A stretch of 64,000 nucleotides of DNA from the human T2T-CHM13v2.0 reference genome, Homo sapiens, in the NCBI RefSeq assembly GCF_009914755.1, contig NC_060936.1; one strand, written 5' to 3'. The position numbers and the translations under genes were made by a program. Under the pieces are notes generated by a model. That model ran no database searches and was not told the origin of the DNA. It was given only the letters and a program-made list of their open reading frames with translations. Below are positions 31,351 to 48,140 of the stretch, one piece after another; positions within the stretch are counted from its first letter, which is position 1; each line of letters starts with the position of its first letter.

Positions 31351-33665
31351 TTTTTTTTAATCTCTCTCTTTTGCTTCTTTAGTAGCAACTTGAAAATTAT
31401 ACATATTTTCCTACCTTGATCAAAATTTTGAATTTTATCATCATAACTTCACAAACTAGTTTTTAAGAAATATTATTCCTGATTACTTCCATTTAAAATA
31501 AAATATTTAAAATGACTTCAGTTGTTTTTCTTTTTCTTTTTTTAAAATTTTTTGTTTTTAATTTTGTGGGTACATAGTAGGTGACATTTTTCTTTTCATC
31601 AATGATTTTGTTTTAGAAACAAAATTATTGTTAATATGGTTTTATATTTTGGAATTATATTCAGAAATTATTTTTGAGATTTGTTTTGTCTCAAATTTTT
31701 AACAAGGTTTAGATATTATGTTCTTATTTTTATCTTAATAATCAAGTATTTCTGTATATGACATATTTCTATTGCTGTATTCTCTGTTAAATGAGGTAAA
31801 GTATAGTAATTCCTGGCCTAAATTAGGCAGTTAATAAACATTATCTGCTGTTGCTGCTATCATCATCATCATCATTAAATAGCACACATATCACCAAAAA
31901 CACCAAAAATTTAAGCTTCAAATCGACAATTTCTGAATTACAAAGATGACAGATCTGACTCATTTGGAAGAGATCATTTTCTCTCTCCTTCCATCTCTCT
32001 CTCATGAAAAACATTTTTTTATGATTAGTTGGCTACACAAAGAAGCAATAATAGACGTTAAAACAAGTTATGGTTGTTTTCAATAATATTTTGATTCTAA
32101 ATCCTAGAAATTTCTGTGAGATCATTTGAGTTACAGCCTACTTTAAAACATTTAGGAAGCATCAGTGTCACTATAAAATGACTATCTAATTCAGTCACAG
32201 AGATAATTCATAGCATTTATAAATCATTGTAATTAAATTTGAGAAAAAAAAACAGGTCTTTGATTCAAAGAAAAATACTGCCTCAAATAGGAGGTAATCT
32301 TATATACTGGTAGTGACTTTGACCATACACCAAGAACTTTAGATGTAAATCACTATAAATAATTTTTCCTGACCCAATTCTCTCAAAAAGAGTTGGAATT
32401 ATGAGTTGGAAATGATTTATAACCAGATTCCAATCTGATTTAATGTTAATACATATTCCTAATTAATGGGAATAATGATAGGGTTCAATAATCCAACAAC
32501 GGAATATCATACTGGAGCTATTCCCATACTCATTCCATGTGTTATTTCAAGTTCTTCCAAAGAAACTTGGGTAAAGAACAAATGATATTATTTGGATTTG
32601 TTATCAGCAACATGGCAAAGACTAAGACAAAACATGTTGATATTTGTCTGTCTTTTCATCGTTATTTTATATAGATTTTATTAACTGTCAGAGATGATTT
32701 GCTAAGCTCCCTTGCGATATACAGTATGTAAGGATCCTGAGGAAGAATTTGTGTCTCTAATGACAGAAGTGAATCCCTTATATTAAATAAGTATAGGAAC
32801 TCCATAAAAAGGTCTGGAGAAAATTGAAACTGTTTAGAAGTCTGAGTCAGTGGTAGAATATATGTGCAGACTTAGTTATGAATGCATTTGCATTTTTAAG
32901 GGAGTTTAAATCAATTCCCTTTATATATACCTGTCACAGTTTGGGTTTAAGGTTTCTAAAATATGGTGTGAAAAGTGCAGGCCATGTAGCCCGTGTAACA
33001 TAGGGGTTGTTCCCATCTTAGTGATGATATAATGAATCATCTTCATAATAAATCATTACAATAGCTTTCTCCAGTGGAATTTAGGCTCACATACTTCCAT
33101 TTAGCACTTGATTCTATAGTCAGGCTATAGATTTATGGGTAGAGAAGCCACTTATGAGACTGAGATTGTAGTTTTCCATCTGACCTGAGAATAGACATAA
33201 CATAAACAAATATGAACACTAAGAAAAAGTAGGTTATTAAATTTGAAAGTTTATTTCCAAAACCTTTCCCTGATTTGGAAACTAAAGTTTACATAGACAA
33301 CTTCCATGCCTCAGCATCTTCATATGCTGGACTACAGGGCTGATTGTGAATATCTTCAAATTTGCCTCCAACTTAAATGTTCTATAATTTTATGAAAAAT
33401 TTAATTACACAGAATTGAAATCCTTCTTACCAGATCTAAGTTTTTCTAAAGTGTTTACTTCCCTAGAATATATTATTAACAATGATTCTTAAACCCATTT
33501 TCTGAGGGATCTTAAAAACCAGGATGAATACCTGTCAATACTGAATTTTTCAAATGGAACTGCCATGTTCCAGCTATGTTACATGTAAAAACTCCACCTC
33601 ACATATCTAAGATACATTCCCTTATATCACTTACCTACCTATGTGAAGAATATTTTTTCAGGTGG

Positions 33666-34271
33666 TGTATTAGTTTTCTCTAGCCTCCATAACAAATTGC
33701 CAAAAATTAAAGGGTTTAAATGATGCAAATATTATTTTTTACAATTCTGGAGGTCAAGAGCCTGATATGAGTCTCACTGAGTTAAAAGGAAGCTGTCAGA
33801 ATTCCTTTCTGGAGGCTCTTGGGGAGGATTCGTTTCCTAGCTCGTTCATATTATTGGCAGAATTCAATTCCTTGGTATTCTAGACCTGAGGTCCCCATGT
33901 CCTTTCAGGATGTCAGCCTGAAGACATTCTCACATCTATTGTCCACCAGATTCTCTGGTTCCTGCCCCCTTCTCCATCTTCAAAGCTAGCAATGTCTACT
34001 GATGTCCCTCTGAAGCTTCAAATCTCACCTGCTTCTCATTTTGTCACATCCCTCTGTCTGTCTCTCTGACTCTAGATGGGAGAGCTTTGTTAATTTTAAG
34101 GGCTCATGAATTAGAATGGGCCCACATTGATAATCCAGGAAAATATTCCCATCAGAAGGTCTAAATGCTTAAGCACATCTGCAAGTCCCTTTTGCTAGAT
34201 AGCATGACATATTCAGAGGTTCCGCATACTTAGAGTAAGGACCTCTTTTGAGGACCATTATTCTATCTACA
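33666..34271 (-). mobile_element. MaLR solo LTR, MLT1D/E-like
   Basis: tgtattagtttt...ttctggaggtcaag...tccatcttcaaagctagcaa...gggcccacattgataatccagg...attctatctaca. Confidence 0.8.
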
Positions 34272-34589
34272 AGTAGTCTTTCCAGGCTCTTTCAATTCTA
34301 AAGTCTATGATTGTACAATATGGCTTTCTTAATAATATTTCAACTTCCTGAAAATGCCCATTCTATATTGCCCAATATTTTGAAGTTCCTTTCAACAATA
34401 TTCGAAGATAATTTTTCCTCTTGCTCTAAAATCCATTTGCACTAGACTTTCCCATGCCCCATTTGTCACCTAATGTATTAAACATATTTTTAGTTATATC
34501 TTCACTTAAATATACCAATTAATGTGTTTGCCACGTCTCATACACAATAAATACTGTAGCTGGGTAGTGACCAGTTCTGTCAGCTGTGA

Positions 34590-34760
34590 TGTAAGTTTGT
34601 CTACATTCAATTACAAATACAATTGCTTATTGGTTGTGATAACTTGCTAAAGTGGCTTAGTGTCTCTAAACCATAATTTCCTTGATCTCCAAAATAAGGA
34701 TATCTATCATATAGGATTACTTTGGGTTAATAACTAATAAACATAAGTCAGTTGATAGAC
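34590..34760 (+). mobile_element. MIR fragment
   Basis: aacttgctaaagtggcttagtgtctctaaaccataatttccttgatctccaaaataagg resembles the MIR core. Confidence 0.45.
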
Positions 34761-35434
34761 TTAACTGAGTAAACAAGGTGTTTAAGAAACTTAAAGAAAA
34801 TACTGATACCTTATAAGTGCAAAGTTATTCTTAATTGATTAGCATATATTAGCAATAGACTTAAAATTATGTAGAATTTTTATATTCCATTGGGTAAAAT
34901 ATATTTTTATCATTTGTGACCTTGAGAGGTCATGCTTCATACATAACCACATATAAAACCAATGAAAAATAAATCTCAGTTCTCTTGACTTCTGTAGTGA
35001 TAGTTTTCTATCATGAATCATCCTTTCTCTTTGAAATAAACATATGTCCTTGTAGTTTGTGAAAATTTTAATGCCTACGATTATAATAAATCTAAATTTT
35101 TAGTAAGTTTGATTCTATTAATTTACACTTACCAAATTGGGGATATGAATATTACTCACATTAATTTTGTGTATTTTACTTCACATTGTTTCAGAAGAAA
35201 TTTAAGACAGTTCATAACACGAAAAGCATTTCAATATAAGATTAATTAAAAATTGTGATAAAGTAAAAAGATAATAGGAGTAAAAAACTTGAAGAACTAA
35301 GAAAAAGAACAAAATTATGCATCATAATCTAAGTTTTCCATAGCTACAGTGAAACAATATATCCATTACCTTACACTATTTTCCATATACATGAAAAAAA
35401 TATACTTATTACACCTAGTAAAGGGTAACCCCGT

Positions 35435-35535
35435 AATGGCAGAGATTGCTGTCTATTTTACTATTGGTTGTCTCTTGCACTTTGAACAGTTCCTGGAACA
35501 TAATATGTGCTCAATATATATGTGTAGTATAAACA
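35435..35535 (+). mobile_element. L2 3' end
   Basis: gaacagttcctggaacataatatgtgctcaatatatatgtg resembles the L2a terminus. Confidence 0.5.
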
Positions 35536-36258
35536 TTTAGAAATAAATTTATTGTCTGCAAACTGTCTATAAGGAAGAGCAAAAAATCTCGAGCTGATGA
35601 GTATGGCTCAAGTCAAATTGTGAGAAGTTTTTAATATCTGTAAAAGTAGGTCAACTGCCATCTTTTAAGCAATTCTCCATGAAGCTTGTTTAACTTAATT
35701 CAATTTCTGAAGAAGATTGTGTTGTAATCAGCTTAAGGTTGGTTTTTGTGGTCAGATACATATAAAGCAGTTACTCTTTAGCTGTCTTTCACTCCCACAC
35801 TGGTTTTACTGAATTTTATTTCCAGATGGTTTCAGTGTAAAGGAGAGGAAAACTATATTGGCTATTAACATTTAAGATAGCATCTATTACACATGATAAT
35901 ATTATTAGCAGTTGAATTATATTCCTTTACTTTAATAATTGGCTCCTGACTTTAAGAATTTTGTAACCTGAAATTAGTTTTTATATAAAAAAATTTATTT
36001 TTTATTTTGTATTTTTGTTATTTCTTATTCTTTTTTTTTTTCTTTTTTTAAATTTATTATTATTATACTTTAAGTTTTAGGTTACATGTGCACAATGTGC
36101 AGGTTAGTTACATGTGTATACATGTGCCATGCTGGTGTGCTGCACCCACTAACTCATCATCTAGCATTAGGTATATCTCCTAATGCTATCCCTCCTGCCT
36201 CCCACGACAGTCCCCAGAGTGTGATGTTCCCCTTCCTGTGTCCATGTGTTCTCATTGT

Positions 36259-40083
<3,825 letters not shown>

Positions 40084-40143
40084 GATGTTAGCTGGTTATT
40101 TTGCTTGTTAGTTCCTGCAGTTTCTTCCTAGTCTCGATGGTCT

Positions 40144-41158
40144 TTACATTTTGGCATGATTTTGCAGCGGCTGGTATCGGTTGTTCCTTTCCATGTTTAG
40201 TGCTTCCTTCAGGAGCTCTTTTAGGGCAGGCCTGGTGGTGACAAAATCTCTCAGCATTTGCTTGTTTGTAAAGTATTTTATTTCTCCTTCACTTATGAAG
40301 CCTAGTTTGGCTGGATATGAAATTCTGGGTTGAAAATTCTTTTCTTTAAGAATGTTGAATATTGGTCCCCACTCTCTTCTGGCTTGTAGAGTTTCTGCCG
40401 AGAGATCCACTGTTAGTCTGATGGGCTTCCCTTTGTGAGTAACCCGACCTTTCTCTCTGGCTGCCCTTAACATTTTTTCCTTCATTTCAACTTTAGTGAA
40501 TCTGACAATTATGTGTCTTGGAGTTGCTCTTCTCGAGGAGTATCTTTGTGGCGTTCTCTGTATTTCTGAATCTGAATGTTGGCCTGCCTTGCTAGATTGG
40601 GGAAGTTCTCCTGGATGATATCCTGCAGAGTGTTTTCCAACTTGGTTCCATTCTCCCCGTCACTTTCAGGTACACCAATCAGACGTAGATTCGGTCTTTT
40701 CACATAGTCCCATATTTTTGGAGGCTTTGCTCCTTTCTTTTTATTCTTTTTTCTCTAAACTTCCCTTCTCGCTTCATTTCATTCATTTCATCATCCATCG
40801 CTGATACCCTTTCTTCCAGTTGATCACATCGGCTCCTGAGGCTTCTGCATTCTTCACGTAGTTCTCAAGCCTTGGTTTTCAGCTCCATCAGCTCCTTTAA
40901 GCACTTCTCTGTATTGGTTATTCGAGTTATACATTCTTCTAAACTTTTTTCAAAGTTTTCAACTTCTTTGACTTTGGTTTGAATTTCCTCCCATAGCTCG
41001 GAGCAATTTGATTGTCTGAAGCCTTCTTCTCTCAGCTCGTCAAAGTCATTCTCCGTCCAGCTTTGTTCCATTGCTGGTGAGGAACTGCATTCCTTTGGAG
41101 GAGGAGAGGCACCCTGCTTTTTAGAGTTTCCAGTTTTTCTGCTCTGTTTTTTCCCCAT
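40144..41158 (-). pseudogene. ORF1: Disrupted L1 ORF1
   Basis: MGKKQSRKTGNSK... split into 40865-41158, 40509-40703 and 40144-40485. Confidence 0.9.
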
Positions 41159-43149
41159 CTTTGTGGTTTTATCTACTTTTGGTCTTTGATGATGGTGATG
41201 TACAGATGGGTTTTTGGTGTGGATGTCCTTTCTGTTTGTTAGTTTTCCTTCTAACAGACAGGACCCTCAGCTGCTGGTCTGTTGGAGTACCCGGCCCTGT
41301 GAGGTGTCAGTCTGCCCCTGCTGGGGGGTTCCTCCCAGTTAGGCTGCTTGGGGGTCAGGGGTCAGGGACCCACTTGAGGAGGCAGTCTGCCCGTTCTCAG
41401 ATCTCCAGCTGCATGCTGGGAGAACCACTGCTCTCTTCAAAGCTCAGATGGAAATGCAGAAATCACCCGTCTTCTGCGTCGCTCATGCTGGGAGCTGTAG
41501 ACCAGAGCTGTTCCTATTCGGCCATCTTGGCTCCTCCCCTCCAAAAATTTTAAAATTAGTTTAAAAGAGGAGGCACTGTTTCCATGCTTAACTTTTAAAA
41601 AATAAATTATCAGTGACAACTTAATTATTATTAAGTTAACTTGGCCTTGAAATATGATGATGCAAGGTTTTGGTTTCTACAAGTCCTAAAAGTCCAGACT
41701 TGCAAATATTTGGGAATAAAAATAGATGCGGTTAGGAACATAAACATGGTGAGAAAGGTCGAACATTAGCCTACAACATATCATTTTTTCTTAAAGTATT
41801 AACGTTTCTTTCTATTTTACTAGCCAAATTAAATACAAAGAGAGGGTAGGTTTGTCATATAAGAACTCCCATAGAAAATGAAAAGCATCTTCTATGCTGC
41901 TGCGAAGGAAACTGTGCTTCATTAAGGTTCTCAGATAGGTACCCAGATGAGTTGCCCTCCGTGAATTTGTTACTGAGAAAAGAAATAAAAAGAATATTAA
42001 ACCAAAAGCAAAAATAAAATATTTTCCTTTAGTCTCCTAGTAGCAAACTGCCACATCCATTCATAAACAAATGCCTTTCTTGTGCATAAACTAGACAGAA
42101 AATTCAATAGCATTCTAAACTACATTATAAGTCATACTGATTTGAATACTGCAATTTAATACTTTCTGAGAAAAAAGTGCCTAAAATCTAGATGAGGTCT
42201 GAAGCAAGGACGTATTTGGAGTCTCCAGGTAGACAGTGGTTAAGAAATAAACAAACTTTACTACCTCTGTTTTTCTTTTCAGAAAAGCAAGAAGCCCCCA
42301 AGGAGTACAGTGGGAGTAATTCTGTCTGTGGCAGTTTAGAATCATCCAGAAGCCTAACGTTTTACAATAAAAGATGACTCCCTCGCCTTCATTGATAAAT
42401 GGCTATAATTTTCCACTGGACACCCTGAATCGGCTACCCTGTCAGAACAGGGAAAAAAAAGCTCTCTAACTCTGAACTAGAGGTGTAATTCTGAAATGTG
42501 AGACTTTAGTGTGCAACAATAACGTATTTTCTATGAACCTTTGACATGAAAGAGTTTTAGAGAAATATAAAGCTGGCAGGTATGTACAAATAGCAAGCAC
42601 TTGGATAAACTCAGCAATTTTATCATAAAGGACAAAATAATAATGAGTTAAGGAAACAATCTGAAACACAATGGCAGGAAATGTAGTAAAAAATGAACTT
42701 CAAAGAAAGCTATCATGTGACACACAATCCATTGAAGCTACTAGAATGCCTAGTGTTTCCTCAACTTTAGAATAAGGAATATGGTGACAAGGCTTATTCA
42801 GCCACACGCTTCACACAGACAAAAATTACACACTCTATCTTTTAAAGAACATCTGTCACACTATAGACAAAGTAACTATTTGATAAATATGTATGAGTAA
42901 AAATGCTTATCTTACTTTTTAGGTAAATCACGTGTTACTGGACCTGTTGGTTATTGTCCCTCTCTATGCCATGATGCTCCTCAAATAGTTCAGTTACTTC
43001 TCTGTATTTTCAGGAATAACCTGTTGATTTATTCATTGTCTTTTCTCCTGATAAGTTTATATCTAATCTATTTTTAAACTACTATAATAGTGTGAATATT
43101 AGTAATTGCATTGCTTTTAAGATTCAAGTCATTGATATTTTAAAATTTC

Positions 43150-43478
43150 TATTTTATTTTATTTTATTTTATTTTATTTTATTTTATTTTATTTTTTTGA
43201 GACAGAGTCTCACTCTGTGGCCCAGGCTGGAGTGCAGTGATGCAATCTTGGCTAACTGCAACCTCTGCCTCCTGGGTTCAAGCGATTCTCCTGCCTCAGC
43301 CTTCTGAGTAGCTAAAATTACATGTGTGCACTAAAACTCCCAGCTAATTTTTGTATTTTTAGTAGAGACAGGGTTTTGCCATGTTAGCCAGCTTGTCTTG
43401 AACTCCTGATCTCAGTCAATCCACCTGCCTTGGCCTCCACAGTAATGGGATTACAGGTGTGAGCCGCTGCACCTGGCC
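43150..43478 (-). mobile_element. AluS with (ATTTT)n tail
   Basis: 18-bp TSD ttgat(a/g)ttttaaaatttc at 43132-43149 and 43479-43496. Confidence 0.95.
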
Positions 43479-44640
43479 TTGATGTTTTAAAATTTCAATA
43501 GTTAAAAATGTGTTCTAATAAGTGTAATTACTTTGGAATTTGGATGTTACTACTTCACTGTCATGCATCAATATTGTCAGCTAATAAGCATTCATTGAAG
43601 TATCATTTTGTGCATTCAGTGAGAAGAAGAAAGTGATATTAATTTAATTTAAAATATATTTCCAAGACAGTGTTGATATTGAATAAATAATAATGAACTG
43701 AAATGAATAAACGGGAAAACATCTGAGTCTGCGGATAAATTGGATATTTAATAGTGCCATCATATACACAGTATCAATACTTCTATGTTTCTGCCCAATG
43801 AATCCTTTTGACTTAGATCCCAATGAAAATATAACCTTTTTATCCTAAATAGAAGCAGGATAATACCAAGCCAGTGGACAAAACATGATCCTCTAATAAA
43901 ATAGACAGACGTTTAAGCCTATATAGACAGAGTTTATATGGGATACACAGAGCTTCAGCCTGTGGCAGCTACTTTGTTTATATTTAAAAAAAGCAAACTG
44001 GTCATAGAAGATGAAGGAATACCAATGAAATCACAGTGGTATTTGGTTAGGTTGTGTGCTTATTTGGAAAAGCTTGGTGAGGGAAGAGGTATAAATGGAA
44101 ATGATGTGCCCATTGGATCATTCTTAAGATACTCTTTGAGGCTCACATACCACATGATCACACAAAGGTGACGAAGTAATTCTTAGAGTAATTAATACAA
44201 GGGGCAATCAAAATTTTAACATTTTAGAGGAAGCAGTAGTGCTTAACAAGGTAACAATAGAATGTGTGTAAGTTTAACTTTGGACAAAGGAACTGAGATA
44301 AATTAAAAATGAGAACTCTGAAAAGAAGGAAACATAAAAGTATAAAATATTAAAATAGAAGAATCTCAATCAAACATACAATAATTATCTTAGCCATTTA
44401 TAATATCAAATAACTTGGAGACAGTTACCTATTTGGACTCCAGGTAAGGTAATTTATTTCACCAATCATTCAATGAGAGAAAGTAGAATTTGTAACAATA
44501 TTTCAATACCTAATATTAAAAACAGATGCATAGGTCTTTATATTTAAAGTAAATTTTAAGTAGCCAAATGAAAATCTATTCAACAAATTACATTCATTGC
44601 AAAAGTTTGAAGGGTAATTCTCACTAAAAATACCTTGTCT

Positions 44641-47600
44641 AAGAGACATGAAGGACCTCTTCAGGGAGAACTATAAACCACTGCTCAAGGAAATAAGAGA
44701 GGGCACAAAAAAAAAAAAAAAGAAAAACATTCCATCCTCCTGGATAGGAAGAATCAGTATCGTGAAAATGGCCATACTGCCCAAAGTAATATATAGATTC
44801 AATGCAATTCCCATCAAACTACCACTGAAATTCTTCACAGAATTAAAAAAAAAAACTACTTTAAAATTTATATGGAAGTAAAAAAGAGCCCATACAGCCA
44901 AGACAATCCTAAGCAAAAAGAACAAAGCTGGAGACATCACACTACCTGACTTCAAACTATACTAAAAGGCTACAATAACCAAAAGGGTATGGTACTGGTA
45001 CCAAAACAGACTTATAGACCAATGGAACAGAACAGAGATCTCAGAAATAACACCACACATCTACAACCATCTGATCCTCGACAAACCTGAAAAAAACAAG
45101 TAATGGGAAAAAATATTTCCTATTTAATAAATTGTACTGAGAAAACTGGCTAGCCATATGCAGAAAACTGAAAATGAACTCCTGCCTTACACCTTATGCA
45201 AAAATTATCTCAAGATGGATTAAAGAAATAAATATATATATAAATAAAAAAAAAACCTAAGAAGAAAACCAGGGCAATACCATTTAGAACATAAGCATGA
45301 GCTAAGATTTTATGATGAAAACGCCAAAAGCAATTGCAACAAAAGCTAAAATTGACAAATAGGGTCTAATTAAACTGAAGAGCTTCTGCACAGCAAAACA
45401 ACAACAACAACAAAAAGTCATTAGAGAAAACAGGCAGCCTTCAGAATGGGAGAAAATTTTTGCAATCTACCCATCTGACAAAGGTCTAATATCCAGAATC
45501 TACAAGGAACTTAAATGAATTTCCACAAAAAAAAAAACCCAACAACGCCACCAAAAATGGGCAAAATTCTCCTTGAAGAGGTCTTTCACATCCCTTGTAA
45601 GTTGTATTCTAAGGTATTTTATTCTCTTCATAGCAATTGTGAATGGGAGTTCACTCATGATTTGGCTCTCTGTTTTTCTATTATTGGTGTACAGGAATAC
45701 TTGTGATTTTTACACACTAATTTTGTATCCTGACACTTTGCTGAAGTTGCTTATCAGCTTAAGGAGATTTTAGGCTGAGATGATGGGGTTTTCTAAATAT
45801 ACAATCATGTCATCTGCAAACAGAGACAATTTGACTTCCTCTCTTCCTATTTGAATACTGTTTATTTATTTCTCTTGTCTGATTGCCTTGGCCAGAACTT
45901 CCAATACTATGTCGAATAGGAGTGGTGAGAGAGGGCATCTTTGTCTTGCGCCAGTTTTGAAAGGCAATTCTTGGAGCTTTTGCCCATTCAGTATGATATT
46001 GACTATGAGTTTGTCATAAATAGCTCTTACTATTTTGAGATACATTGCATCAATACCTAGTTTATTGAGAGTTTTTAGCATGAATCGGTGTTGAATTTTA
46101 TCGAAGGCCTTTCCTGCATATATTGGAATAATCATGTCATTTTTGTCATTGGTTCTGTTTATGTGATGGAATACATTGATTGATGTGCATATGTTGAACC
46201 AGCTTTGCATCAGAAGGATGAAGCTGACTTGAGTGTGGTGAATAAGCTTTTGGATGTGCTGCTGGATTTGGTTTGCCAGTATTTTATTGAGGCTTTTTGC
46301 ATCGATGTTCATCAGGGATATTGGCCTGAAATTTTCTCATTCTACTATAAAGACATATGCACACGTATGTTTATTGTAGCACTATTCACAATAGCAAAGA
46401 CTTGGAACCAACCCAGATGCTCATCAATGATAGACTGGATAAAGAAAATGTGGCACATATACAACACAGAATACTATGAAGCCATAAAAAAGTATGAGTT
46501 CATTTCCTTTGCAAGGACATGGATGAAGCTGGAAACCATCATTCTCAGCAAACTAACACAGGAACAGAAAACCAAACACCACATGTTCTCACTCATAAGT
46601 GGGAGTTGAACAATGAGAACACATGGACACAGGGAGGGGAACATCACACACTGGTGCCTGTTGTGGGATTGGGGGGCTAGGGAAGGGGTAGCATTAGGAG
46701 AAACAGCTAATGTGGATGATGGGTTTATGGGTGCAGCAAACCACCACGGCACTGGTATACCTATTTAACAAACCTGCATGTTCTGCACATGCATCCCAGA
46801 ACTTAAAGTATAATTTTTAAAAAAGTGGGCATAATATATGGACACTTCTAAAAAAATCATACAGCTAACAAACATGGAAAAAAGATCAACATCACTGATC
46901 ACTAGAGAAACGCAAATCAATACCACAATGAGATACCATCTCATGCCAGGCAGAACGGCAATTATTAAAAAGTCAACAAATGAGAGATGCTGGCAAGGCT
47001 GTGGAGAAATAGAAAAGCTTTTACACTGTTGGAGGGAATGTAAATTAGTTCAACCATTGTGGATAAAAGTGTGGTGATTCCTCAAGGACCTAGAACCAGA
47101 AATACCATTCGACCCAGCAATCCCATTTCTGGGTGTATACCCAAAGGAATATAAATCATTCTACTATAGAGACATATGCACATATATATTTATTGCAGCA
47201 CCATTCACAATAGCAAAGACATGGAACCGACCCAAATGGCCATCAGTGATAGACTGGGTAAAGAACATGTGCCATATATACACCATGGAATGCTAGGCAG
47301 CTATAAAAAGAAATGAGATCACGTCCTTTTCAGAAACATGGATGAAGCTGAAAACCATCATCCTCAGCATACTAACGCAGGAACAGAAAACCAAATACCA
47401 CATGTTCTCACTTATAAGTGGGAGTTCAACAGTGAGAATACATGGACACAGGGAGGGGACCAACACACACCGGGGCCTGTGGGGGTTGAGGAGGGAAGGG
47501 AGAGCATCAGGACAAATAGTTAATGCATGTGGGGCTTAAAACCTAGGTGACGAATTGATTGATTCAGCAAACTACTATGGCACATGCATACCTATGTAAT

Positions 47601-47653
47601 AAACCTGCATGCTCTGCACATGTATGCTGGTACTCAAAGTAAAATAAAAATTA
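44641..47653 (+). mobile_element. 5'-truncated L1PA10-like element hosting a nested L1
   Basis: Pieces 44641-45566 and 46821-47653 join in register; TSD aaaaataccttgtct (44626-44640) / aaaaaaaccttatct (47654-47668). Confidence 0.88.
45567..46820 (+). mobile_element. Nested L1PA7-like element with 5' inversion and ~1.2-kb gap
   Basis: Antisense RT segment 45567-46337, sense 3' end 46337-46820; TSD aaaaatgggcaaaa (45553-45566) / aaaagtgggcataa (46821-46834). Confidence 0.85.
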
Positions 47654-47689
47654 AAAAAAACCTTATCTATTCCCTTAGCTGTTATCTAA

Positions 47690-48140
47690 TTATATGTTTT
47701 TTTAAACAAATCTATTCAAGTTAATTTCCAATTTTTTAATCAGATTATCTTTATTTTTCTGAGTTGTAGGTATTCCAATATATTTTAAATATTAGCCCCT
47801 TACCAGATATATAGTTTGCAAATATTTTATCTTGCTGTATAGGTTGCCTTTTTATATTTTTGGTTGATTGCTTCCTTTGCTGTGCAGAAGCTTTTTAGTT
47901 TGACGTAGTCCCACTTGTATATTTTTATTTTGGTTGCTTGTGCTTTTTGTTTTATACCCGATAAACCTGCTAAGACCAATGCCATGAACTTTTCCTCTAT
48001 GTTTTCTTCTAGAAAATTTTTTGCTTCAGGTCGTTTGTTTAAGTCTTTAATCTACTTTAGGTTCATTTTTGAGTATGGTTTAAGGGACAAATTTCATTTT
48101 TTCTCATGTGGTTTATCTATGTTGCTAGATAAAACAGGAT
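47690..48140 (-). mobile_element. L1MA/MB fragments
   Basis: Antisense ORF2 3' region; the last ~30 bp (atctatgttgc...acaggattt) continues at ~55915. Confidence 0.7.

Noticed and set aside
42260-42375. Possible terminal exon (pyrimidine tract-CAG at 42282, AATAAA ~42366)
   Set aside because: No upstream exon or expression evidence; not distinguishable from chance in AT-rich DNA
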